NCBI GenBank assembly: GCA_965222375.1
Contig: CBDCTZ010000013.1
Span: forward strand, 1 to 64,000
DNA length: 64,000 nucleotides
Direction: 5' to 3'
DNA from: Polyangiaceae bacterium
GTDB taxonomy: Bacteria; Myxococcota_A; Polyangia; Polyangiales; Polyangiaceae
Shown here: piece after piece, positions 46,407-56,506 of the stretch
Numbering within the stretch: the stretch's first letter is position 1
Layout: each line of letters begins with the position of its first letter
Made by a program: the position numbers and the translations under genes
The notes under the pieces: generated by a model
The model's input: the letters and a program-made list of their open reading frames with translations, nothing else
What the model was told of the DNA's origin: nothing
Database searches by the model: none

Positions 46407-48002
46407 ATGACGGCACAGAGGACGGACATGCACAGACTTGAGGAATTGGTGCGGCTTCACCGCCAGGGCGTGGGCAACCGCAAGGTGGCCCGGCTGTTGA
46501 AGATGGGCCCTGCCACTGAGCGGAAGTACCGCAGGGCATTGATGGAGGCGGGCCTGCTCGGTGGGGCAGTGGACGACATCCCGTCGCTCGATGTGTTGCG
46601 TGCGGCGGTGATGGCGCACGCGCCGCCGAAGCCGGCACCGCAACAAGAGTCGTCACTCGAACGGTGGCACGCCCAAGTCGAAGCGAAGCTGGACGACGGC
46701 TTGGGCGCCACGGCGATCTTCGATCGTCTCCGCACGGAGGAGACCGATTTCCGCGGCAGCCTTTCGGCGGTGAAGCGTCTAGTGGCGAGCATCCTCCGCG
46801 AGCGCGGGCCGACTCCGAACGATGTCGCGATCCCCGTCGACACGGACCCCGGAGAAGTGGCGCAAGTGGACTTTGGCTACGCCGGGTATCGCATCGATCC
46901 CGTCACGCGGAAGCTTCGCAAGAGCTGGGTCTTCGTGATGGTACTGGGCTACAGCCGCCACCAGTACAGCGAAGTGGTATTCGACCAGCGCACGGAGACG
47001 TGGATTGCTCTGCATGAGCGTGCATTTCGAGCGCTCGGCGGCGTAGTGCGAGTGGTAGTGCCTGACAACCTCAAAGCGGCCGTGATTCGCGCCGCCTTTG
47101 GCATCAACGACATGACGAGCGAGCTCAATCGCAGCTACCGGGAGCTGGCACGACACTACGGTTTCATCATCGATCCGACGCCACCGCGCGCGCCCAAGAA
47201 GAAGGGCAGGGTGGAGGCCGGGGTGAAGTACGTCAAGAACAACGCGCTGAAGGGGCGCGATGGCGAAGAGCTCGACGTCACCAATCGCTACCTGGTGACC
47301 TGGGTGCGAGAAGTCGCGGGCAAACGCATACACGGGACCACGGGCAAGCGCCCGCTCGAGGTCTTCGAGACCGAGGAACGCCCAGCGCTGATGCCGCTGC
47401 CCGTCACGCCCTACGAGCCAGTAATTTGGAAACAGGCGACCGTGCATCGAGACAGCCACGTGGTGTTTGCGAAGCGGATGTACTCGGTCCCGTGGCAGAA
47501 CATCGGCCGGCGAGTTTGGCTACGGGTCACAGCGACATCGGTGGCGGTGTACTTCGACGACCAGCGCATTGCGACCCATCCGCGCCGAGGCAAGGGCCTG
47601 CGCAGCACGCTGGAGTCCCACCTGCCCGCAGAGCGCGCCGCATTGCGACACCGCAGCCGCGAGTACTGGGAGCAACGCGGCGACCGACTTGGCGAAGATG
47701 TCGGCCGCCTCGTGCGTGAAGTCTTCGATTCTGACGACGCCTTGTCTCAGCTGCGCCAGGTGCAGGCAATCGTGACCCATCTCGAACGATTCCCCGTCGA
47801 GCGCGCCCGGGCAGCGTGTCGCCGAGCGAGCTTCTACGGAAGCACGCGCTACCAGACGATCAAGAACATCCTGACCCAGGCGCTCGACCTCCAGCCGATG
47901 CCTACGACGCGTCCGGCAGCAGCGGTCTGGGCGGATGGTCCACCGCGTTTCGCACGGACCCACGAGCGGGCCAAAGAGGAGGGCAGCGATGAGCGTCATT
48001 GA
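46407..48002 (+). CDS. istA: IS21 transposase IstA
   Basis: PGEVAQVDFG, LGYSRH, PDNLKAAV, KGRVEAGVKY, HGTTG..P, YSVP. Confidence 0.92.
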   Translation: MTAQRTDMHRLEELVRLHRQGVGNRKVARLLKMGPATERKYRRALMEAGLLGGAVDDIPSLDVLRAAVMAHAPPKPAPQQESSLERWHAQVEAKLDDGLGATAIFDRLRTEETDFRGSLSAVKRLVASILRERGPTPNDVAIPVDTDPGEVAQVDFGYAGYRIDPVTRKLRKSWVFVMVLGYSRHQYSEVVFDQRTETWIALHERAFRALGGVVRVVVPDNLKAAVIRAAFGINDMTSELNRSYRELARHYGFIIDPTPPRAPKKKGRVEAGVKYVKNNALKGRDGEELDVTNRYLVTWVREVAGKRIHGTTGKRPLEVFETEERPALMPLPVTPYEPVIWKQATVHRDSHVVFAKRMYSVPWQNIGRRVWLRVTATSVAVYFDDQRIATHPRRGKGLRSTLESHLPAERAALRHRSREYWEQRGDRLGEDVGRLVREVFDSDDALSQLRQVQAIVTHLERFPVERARAACRRASFYGSTRYQTIKNILTQALDLQPMPTTRPAAAVWADGPPRFARTHERAKEEGSDERH

Positions 48003-48755
48003 CGAACTCGTGCCGCTACTGAAGAAGCTGAAACTCAGCGGCGTGTTGCACTCACTGGAGCTGCGTCTCAGCGAGGCGGTCGAAGACAACTTGGCTTTCG
48101 AGGAGTTTCTGTTTCGACTCTTCAAAGACGAGATCGAACGGCGCGAGTGCAAACAACTGCAGCAGCGGCTGCGCCGGGCGAACTTCGAGCATCGCAAGAC
48201 GCTCGAGGACTTCGACTTCCACTTCAACCCTGACATTCCGAAGTCGAAAGTCTTGGACCTTGCGACCTGCAGTTTCGTCGAGCGCCACCGCAACGTGCTG
48301 CTTCTGGGGCAGACCGGCGTGGGCAAGAGCCACATCGCGCAGGCCATTGGTCACAGAGCCTGCCAGGCTGGACACGGGGTGCTCTACATCGAAGCTCATG
48401 ATCTCTTCAAAGAACTACGTGCAGCTAGGGCAGACGACAGCCATGGGCGCAAGATGGCTCGCTTGACCATGGTGCAGCTGCTGATCATCGACGACCTGGG
48501 TCTACGCCCCCTCGTCGACGAGGGCCCATGGACCTCTACGACCTGATCCGCCTGCGCTACGAACGCGCCGCAACCGTGATCACCTCGAATCGGGACACGG
48601 ACGAGCTCGCCAGGCGCTTCCCGGACGAGCTCCTGGCCAGCGCGGCCATGGACCGCTTGCTACACGACGCACACGTCCTACGTCTGACCGGCGACACCTA
48701 TCGAAACCCGCGCAAGAAGAAACCCAAGAACCAGAAGACGGAGGCAACGACATGA
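47989..48755 (+). pseudogene. istB: IS21 helper ATPase IstB, frameshifted near 48520-48530
   Basis: GQTGVGKSH and LLIIDDLG in one frame; MDLYDLI..RYE..ITSN..AMDRLLH continues in another frame (could be a sequencing error). Confidence 0.85.
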
Positions 48756-48968
48756 ACACCACCAAACGGAATCGCGATCCGTTTGGCCGAGCCAACTTCG
48801 CCAGGGCGTACCTGCTTCAGGCGGTCGCGTTGACACTCGCGATCACCGGATCAGCTTGGCCGAGCTGGGCGCGATCAGGTAGGGCGAGCGTTGACACCCC
48901 CCGCGACAGTTTGAACATACAAGACCTCGAATCCGCCCCGGAGTGCCGGTCAGCCCCCGGGGTGCCGG

Positions 48969-50492
48969 TCAGCCCCCTGCCCCCTGCGACCACCGCGAAT
49001 CCGCCGCTAGCCGCCTCACCATGCACCCGAAGATGACGCCGCAGGGCGAAGCGGTGGCCGCCTCGGACGGCTTGCTCTTCGTCAGCGCTTCGAGGGCGCG
49101 CCGCTTTTCGGCGCTGAGCTTCAGCGTACGGGAGAGCTTCCTCAGGAGCTGCCGCGCTTCTTGCTCGCGGCCGAGGGCGAGTTCGAGGCCGAGCGCTCGC
49201 TCGCCCGCGGCGTGGCTTGCCGTGCCGCCTAGGGTGAAGACCTTGGTGTAGGCCCGAGCTGATTGGTCGTAGATTGCCAGCCTGAAGTAGCCATCGCCGA
49301 GCAGTAGCTGGGTCTCTTCTGCGAAGGGCTCGATGCCGGTCAGGCCGTGGGCCCCGCGGTCGAGCATGCGCGCCGTGGCGATGGCCTTGCTGAGCTTGCC
49401 TTCGGAACGAAGGGCCTGGGCGGCATCGAGCAATCCGCGCGCGACAAAGTCGCAGGCCGCCTTGGGCCCGGCGCATGGGGTCATTTCCCGGAACGCGGTG
49501 AAGACCGCGCCGGCTGCGCCAACTCGGGCATCGCCCTTTGCGCTGCCTAGCGCTGCCACGGCGGCACAGAACTTCTGGCTCTCTTTGGCCTTCTCGGCCT
49601 TGGCGGAGCAGCGCACGGGCTTCGGGGGCGCATTTGCGATCGGGCCAGTGCCGAAACGCAGCCCAACCCTGGGCGCCGCGACGTAGTGCAGCTTCTCAGA
49701 GCGCTCGGCGCCGCCGAGGGAGCGCAGAATGCCGGCGTCGTCGGGGCTCGAGGCACGGGCTGCGAGGTAGTGCTTCTTCGCGGCATCAAAATCGCCGACC
49801 ACGCGACCTGCGTCACCGAGCCCGTGGTGGGCGACCGCCAGCTTTGGGTCCATGTCCAGTGCGGCGCGGAACGCGCCGCGCGCGGCTGCGGCGTCACCTC
49901 GCTCGAGGGCCAGCTGGCCCGCCAGGGCATGGTGGGCCGCACCGATCACGCCGCCGGCCGCTACGCCCGTGGCCGCTCGACTCTCGAGCAGCTCGAGCAT
50001 CAGAGCGCGCTGTCCCAAGTTCTGGGGCGGACGCTGCTGAAACATGCGCATCAGACTCAAGCTCAGCACGAGCTGTGCCGCCGGGTTGTCGGGAGCGACC
50101 GCGACTGCGCGCATGGCGTTGCGCCGCCCTCGCGACGCGTCGTCTCCGCCATCGCGATGCTTGGTCGCCTCGTCACGCGCCAGAAGCACCCGTGCCAGCT
50201 CGATGATGATGCCGACGTCGGCATATCTGGAATCAACCATGGCCTTCTGCAGGCGCTCGACCTCGTCGCTCAGGGCATTGCGTGCCTGGACGGACACGAC
50301 TTCATCACAGGCCGTTCGGGCGTTGTCACCGGCGCAGGCTTCCATCGGAGTCCGCTCTTCGGTTTCCAACACGGTTGCCGAAGGCGGCGGGAGCTGCACG
50401 GCGGCTGAGGGGTTGTTGGCTGGCCGGTCGGTCGGCCCGCAGCCGAGCAGTGCGCAACTCACGAGCGGCCAGAGCTGACGGGCACGTGCCAT
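48969..50492 (-). CDS. TPR-like repeat putative lipoprotein
   Basis: ALLGC lipobox-like; helical repeats such as AFRAALDMDPKLAVAHHGLG. Confidence 0.65.
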   Translation of the reverse strand: MARARQLWPLVSCALLGCGPTDRPANNPSAAVQLPPPSATVLETEERTPMEACAGDNARTACDEVVSVQARNALSDEVERLQKAMVDSRYADVGIIIELARVLLARDEATKHRDGGDDASRGRRNAMRAVAVAPDNPAAQLVLSLSLMRMFQQRPPQNLGQRALMLELLESRAATGVAAGGVIGAAHHALAGQLALERGDAAAARGAFRAALDMDPKLAVAHHGLGDAGRVVGDFDAAKKHYLAARASSPDDAGILRSLGGAERSEKLHYVAAPRVGLRFGTGPIANAPPKPVRCSAKAEKAKESQKFCAAVAALGSAKGDARVGAAGAVFTAFREMTPCAGPKAACDFVARGLLDAAQALRSEGKLSKAIATARMLDRGAHGLTGIEPFAEETQLLLGDGYFRLAIYDQSARAYTKVFTLGGTASHAAGERALGLELALGREQEARQLLRKLSRTLKLSAEKRRALEALTKSKPSEAATASPCGVIFGCMVRRLAADSRWSQGAGG

Positions 50493-50636
50493 CGGGCCAT
50501 CCTAGCAGAACCAGGCGCCCCATTTTTCGGCGCTAGACGCTTCTGACGCGGCTAGTGGGCGCGCTCCGCAGCCGCCCACCCCGACGCGGCCGGCTCAGGG
50601 TAAACTAGAAGCGATGTTGGAGGCGAGCGCTCACAA

Positions 50637-51386
50637 GTGACCAAGATAGCGGCTATCGACGACGAAGTGACCATGCTGCGCACCCTGCGCCGCGGGCTGC
50701 CCGTGCACGGAGTGTCGGTGGTTTGCTTCATCTCGGTCACCAGCGCCCTCGAGGCTCGCAACGTGCTCGAAGCGCAGGACGCGATTCTGCTCGACTACCA
50801 TCTCCTGGATGGCGACGGACTGAGCCTGGTGCGCGCACTCAGGCGCAGCAGCATCGACGTGCCCATCGTGATCTTTTCGGGCCGCGCCAGCGAACGGGAG
50901 CGCATCGCCGCCCTCGACCTCGATGTGGCCGACGTCGTTCAGAAGCCCTGCGGCATGGCTGAGCTGGCAGCGCGCGTGCGCAAGGCAACCCGCCGGCGCA
51001 CCAGCGCGTCGGTCACACCCCGGGACCGGTCGCTTCGCTTCGACCGCATGCGGCGAGAGTTGACCGATGGCAAGAACGTCGTGGAGCTGTCGGAACCGTC
51101 CGCAACGCTGTTCATGCTGTTCGCTCAGAGCCGCGGCCGCTTCATCGACCGCGCCGACGCGAGCGCGGCGCTCTGGGATGACGCCCGGGACGAATCCAAG
51201 GCCGCGGAGGTCAATGCCCGGCTAGATGAAGCACTGACCCGCCTGCGCACGGAGCTCGGGCCCTGGCGCCACCTGGTGGAGGTCCGGGACAAATGCGTTC
51301 GGGTTCAGATTTCCGTACGGCTCGGAGGCGTGGCACAAAGCGGCGCGCACCCGAGGACTAATCTGGAACGCCGGGACGCCCGCTGA
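50637..51386 (+). CDS. Response regulator (receiver + winged-helix-like output)
   Basis: AIDDE, ILLDYHL.DGDG, PIVIFSG, QKP receiver motifs. Confidence 0.8.
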   Translation: MTKIAAIDDEVTMLRTLRRGLPVHGVSVVCFISVTSALEARNVLEAQDAILLDYHLLDGDGLSLVRALRRSSIDVPIVIFSGRASERERIAALDLDVADVVQKPCGMAELAARVRKATRRRTSASVTPRDRSLRFDRMRRELTDGKNVVELSEPSATLFMLFAQSRGRFIDRADASAALWDDARDESKAAEVNARLDEALTRLRTELGPWRHLVEVRDKCVRVQISVRLGGVAQSGAHPRTNLERRDAR

Positions 51387-51517
51387 GCGGGCGCCAGCGC
51401 GAGACCACGGCCACCCACGACGCCTCAGCGCGACCGCTAAGCGGGGCTAGCGCGAGATTAGGGCACCAGCGACGCCCCATTGCTCGACCCCAAACCCCCA
51501 ACACTGTCCAGGCAGCC

Positions 51518-53680
51518 CTAGACCCGTTCCACTTCGACCACGCCACCGACCTTGGTCAGGGCTTTCATCACGTTCTTGAGCTGGGCCAGATCGTTGACGA
51601 AGAAGGTGAAGATGTTGCACGCACGGCCGTCGTCACTGGCGCGGCAGTTGGCTTCGCTGATGTTGATCTTCTGGGCGCTGAAGGTCTGACTCACCGTCGC
51701 CAGAATGCCCGGCTTGTTGGCGGTCGTGACCTTGAGCTGTACGGGGCGGTTGATCTTGGCTCGGCTGTCCCAGCTGACGTCGATGCGGCGCTCGGGATCG
51801 GAATTGTCAAAGGCCTTGGGGCATTGGCGCCGGTGGATGGTCGCGCCCCGGCCTCGGGTGATGAAGCCGATGATGGCGTCGCCGGGCAGTGGGTTGCAGC
51901 ACTTGGCGTAGCGAACCAAGACGTCATCGATGCCGCTGACCTTGATCCCGCTGTGGTCGCGACCGGTGACCTTGCGGACGATCTGCTCGATGCGGCCCTC
52001 GCGCAAGCTGGGTGGCGCTTCCGCACCCTCGTCATCCTTGGCCCGCGCTGTCTTGACGACTTCATCGGCGTTCAGCTTGCCGTAGCCGACCGCAAGCAGC
52101 AGCTCGTCCCAGGTGCCGAAGCGATGCGCTTCCCAAAGTCGGCGCATCTCGGTTTCGTTCTTGATCAGCTTGGCGTAGCTCATGCCCGCTCGTCGCATGT
52201 CCGATTCGAGCAGCTCCCGCCCCAAGTTCACGCTCTTGATGCGCTGGTCTTGACGCAAAAAGGCACGAATTCGACCACGGGCGCGGCCGGTGACGGCGTA
52301 ATCCAGCCAATCCTTGCTGGGCTGTTGCTGGGGCGAGGTCATGACTTCGACCACGTCGCCGTTGCGCATCTTGTAGCGCAACGGAACGATTTGCCCATTC
52401 GCGCGAGCGCCGGAGCAGTGATTGCCGACGTCGGTGTGAATCGAGTACGCGAAGTCGATGGGCGTGGCGCCCCGAGGGAACACCCGCAGGTCGCCGCGAG
52501 GAGTGAAGATGTAGATCTCGTCGGGGAAGAGATCGATCTTCACGCTCTCCAGGAACTCCGCAGGGTCTTTCACGTTGCGCTGGAAGTCCGCCAGCTCTTT
52601 GAGCCAACCGAACTTGTCGGCTTCTTGCGGGTCGACGCCACCGGAGATGCGCTCTTTGTACTTCCAGTGCGCGGCGACGCCGTGTTCCGCCACGCGATGC
52701 ATGTCGTGGGTGCGGATTTGGATCTCGATGCGTTGCCGGCCCGGGCCAATCACCGTGGTGTGCAGAGACTGGTACATATTGGGCTTCGGTAGCGCCACGT
52801 AGTCTTTGAATCTTCCTGGCACCGGCGTCCAGCGGGAGTGGATCACGCCCAGCACGGCGTAGCAGTCGCTGACGCTCTCCACGCAAATGCGGAATGCGAT
52901 CACGTCGTAGACCTGCTCGAAGTCGCACTGGGCGGCCTTCATCTTTCGGTAGATGGAGTACATGTGCTTCGCGCGCCCGGTCACTTCGGCGGCGAAACCG
53001 GCTTCGGCCAAGCGCGACGTGATGGTGCGGCACACGCCCTCGATGTAGCGCTCGCGTTCCTTCTTGGTCTTGGACAGCTTGCCGGTGATTTCCCGGTAGG
53101 CATCCGCGTCCAGGTGGGTGAAGGAAAGGTCTTCGAGTTCGCTCTTGATGCGCTGAATGCCCAGTCGATTCGCGAGTGGAGCGTAGATTTCCAAGGTTTC
53201 CCGAGCGATCCGCTCCCGGGACTCGGGCTTCATGTGCTCCAGCGTCCTCATGTTGTCGAGGCGGTCGCAGAGCTTGACCAGCAGCACCCGCAGGTCCTTG
53301 GCCATGGCCACGACCATCTTGCGGAAGCTCTCGGCCTGGCGATCTTCTTTGCTCGTGAAGTTGATCTTGCCGAGCTTGGTGACGCCATCGACGATTTCTG
53401 CGATCTCGGTGCCAAAGTCACGCTCGATGTCGACCAGGGTGCTGGGTGTGTCCTCGACCACGTCGTGGAGCAGGCCGGCGCACACACTGGCGGTATCGAG
53501 GCGCAGCTCGGCGATGATCGCAGCCACGCTCACCGGGTGGATGAAGTACGGATCTCCGCTCTTCCGCATCTGCTCCCGGTGCGCCCACTCAGCGTAGTGG
53601 TAGGCGCGCCGAATCAAATCGGCGTCGGATGCGGGCTGATAGGACTGGATGCGGGTGACGAGATCGTCGGCTGCGAGCAT
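51518..53680 (-). CDS. rel: Bifunctional (p)ppGpp synthetase/hydrolase, long RSH
   Basis: RKSGDPY..HP, LLHDVVEDT, GRAKHMYSI..K, YQSLHTTV, EIQIRT, TGS (TPIDFAYSIHT), CCNPLPGD, ACT tail; start at MLAADDL. Confidence 0.95.
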   Translation of the reverse strand: MLAADDLVTRIQSYQPASDADLIRRAYHYAEWAHREQMRKSGDPYFIHPVSVAAIIAELRLDTASVCAGLLHDVVEDTPSTLVDIERDFGTEIAEIVDGVTKLGKINFTSKEDRQAESFRKMVVAMAKDLRVLLVKLCDRLDNMRTLEHMKPESRERIARETLEIYAPLANRLGIQRIKSELEDLSFTHLDADAYREITGKLSKTKKERERYIEGVCRTITSRLAEAGFAAEVTGRAKHMYSIYRKMKAAQCDFEQVYDVIAFRICVESVSDCYAVLGVIHSRWTPVPGRFKDYVALPKPNMYQSLHTTVIGPGRQRIEIQIRTHDMHRVAEHGVAAHWKYKERISGGVDPQEADKFGWLKELADFQRNVKDPAEFLESVKIDLFPDEIYIFTPRGDLRVFPRGATPIDFAYSIHTDVGNHCSGARANGQIVPLRYKMRNGDVVEVMTSPQQQPSKDWLDYAVTGRARGRIRAFLRQDQRIKSVNLGRELLESDMRRAGMSYAKLIKNETEMRRLWEAHRFGTWDELLLAVGYGKLNADEVVKTARAKDDEGAEAPPSLREGRIEQIVRKVTGRDHSGIKVSGIDDVLVRYAKCCNPLPGDAIIGFITRGRGATIHRRQCPKAFDNSDPERRIDVSWDSRAKINRPVQLKVTTANKPGILATVSQTFSAQKINISEANCRASDDGRACNIFTFFVNDLAQLKNVMKALTKVGGVVEVERV

Positions 53681-53813
53681 GGAATTTCGCCGAAATTTCG
53701 GCGGGTAATGGAAAGTAACACCGCGGAAGGTCCTCAGCAAAGCGGGGCCGCTGCCGAACCTGGCAATCCGCCCCGAAAGCCTGGCGTGAAGCCTCGGGCG
53801 CCAACCCCGTACT

Positions 53814-55031
53814 ATGCTCGGCCAGGTGCCTGTGGACGCTCCAACCCCGGGATCCGGCGACATCGGCATCTATGTGCACTTCCCGTGGTGCTTACGGAAG
53901 TGCCCCTACTGCGACTTTCTGAGCGTGGCGCGTGAACCCAGCACACTGCCGCATCATGACTACGCAGCGGCGGTCCTCGCCGAGTTCGAGCGGCGCCACA
54001 CTGCGCTCGACGGGCGCCCGGTGACCACCGTCTTCTTCGGGGGTGGGACTCCTTCGCTGTGGGATCCTGCGGCGCTGGGTTCGGTGCTCCGGGCGATCGA
54101 GGAATGGTCTCCTCGGGCGCCCGTCGAGGTGACCGTCGAGTGCAACCCCTCCAGCCTGAGCTACGACACGGCTCGCCGTTTGCTCGACCAGGGCGTCAAC
54201 CGCTTGAGCGTTGGCGTGCAGAGCCTGGACGCGGATCGGCTCGAGTTCCTGGGGCGGCGGCACACTCCGGACGAAGCGCTCGTCGCCCTGCAGGAGGCGG
54301 TGCGGGCTGGGATCCCGCGGCTGTCGGCTGACCTGATCTTCGGCGTTCAGGGGCAGTCTCCCGACAACGCCGCCGAAGAGGCGACGCGCCTGCTCAGCGA
54401 GGGCCTCAGCCATCTGTCTGCCTACGCCCTGACCATCGAGCCGGGCACCCAATTCGGACAGCTGAAACGCCAAGGTAAACTGCCCCTACTGCGCGAAGAC
54501 GCCGTCGCCGAGAGCTACCTCGCCGTGGAGCAGGTGCTCACTGCAGCCGAGTTCGAGCATTACGAAATCTCGAACTACGCGCGCCCGGGGGAGCAGGCGC
54601 AGCACAATCTGGGCTACTGGCGCGGGCAGGACTACCTGGGGCTCGGCGTCGGCGCCTGGGGCACGGTTTCGATCGGTGAAAGGCGCGAGCGCTACCGCAA
54701 CACGGTCACGGCCGAGGCGTATATGCGACCGGACGCCTGGGTCGACGCCGACCTGTGCGACGCTGGCTCGGACAAGCTGCTTCGCGAGTGGGATCTGATC
54801 TCGCCCGCCACGGCACTATCCGAGCGCATCATGTTGGGGCTTCGATTGAGCGAGGGCGTCGATGTGACCGCTCAGGCAGCGCAACTCGGCGTCGACGCTT
54901 GGCCCGAAGCGCGTCGCCGCGCCCGGGACAAGTGGCTCGGGCGCGGAGACTTGGTGCTCTCCGATGGGCGACTGAGGATCGCGCTGGCGGCTTGGCTTCG
55001 AGCCGATGGCATCATCAGCGAGCTGATCTGA
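53814..55031 (+). CDS. hemW: Radical SAM heme chaperone HemW (HemN-like)
   Basis: YVHFPWCLRKCPYCDF, FFGGGTPS, YEISNYA, HNLGYW. Confidence 0.9.
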   Translation: MLGQVPVDAPTPGSGDIGIYVHFPWCLRKCPYCDFLSVAREPSTLPHHDYAAAVLAEFERRHTALDGRPVTTVFFGGGTPSLWDPAALGSVLRAIEEWSPRAPVEVTVECNPSSLSYDTARRLLDQGVNRLSVGVQSLDADRLEFLGRRHTPDEALVALQEAVRAGIPRLSADLIFGVQGQSPDNAAEEATRLLSEGLSHLSAYALTIEPGTQFGQLKRQGKLPLLREDAVAESYLAVEQVLTAAEFEHYEISNYARPGEQAQHNLGYWRGQDYLGLGVGAWGTVSIGERRERYRNTVTAEAYMRPDAWVDADLCDAGSDKLLREWDLISPATALSERIMLGLRLSEGVDVTAQAAQLGVDAWPEARRRARDKWLGRGDLVLSDGRLRIALAAWLRADGIISELI

Positions 55032-55168
55032 GCGCTGCGCCGAAGCATCGGGCGGCCTCGCTTTGCGGCGAGAGCCCGGCCGAAGCACTGGGCGGCCTCG
55101 CTTTGCGGTGAACGCCGCGCGCCAGTTCCTTGACCAAGGCTCCGGCCTGCCCAAGTCCGCGTGGCCCG

Positions 55169-56506
<1,338 letters not shown>

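Larger units (their letters stand above)
46254..48896 (+). mobile_element. IS21-family insertion sequence
   Basis: TG...CA ends; left TGTCACGGCTCGGCCTATGAGATC aligns with reverse complement of right TGTCAACGCTCGCCCTACCTGATC; internal CTCGGCCAA repeats at both ends. Confidence 0.88.

Noticed and set aside
45378..48002. 874-aa fusion protein
   Set aside because: Chance in-frame join of the rve antisense frame with istA; the real start is near 46407.
48936..48977. 19-bp tandem repeat at the end of the TPR-like gene
   Set aside because: Two units only; looks like local slippage, with no matching partner elsewhere that I could find to make it an att site.
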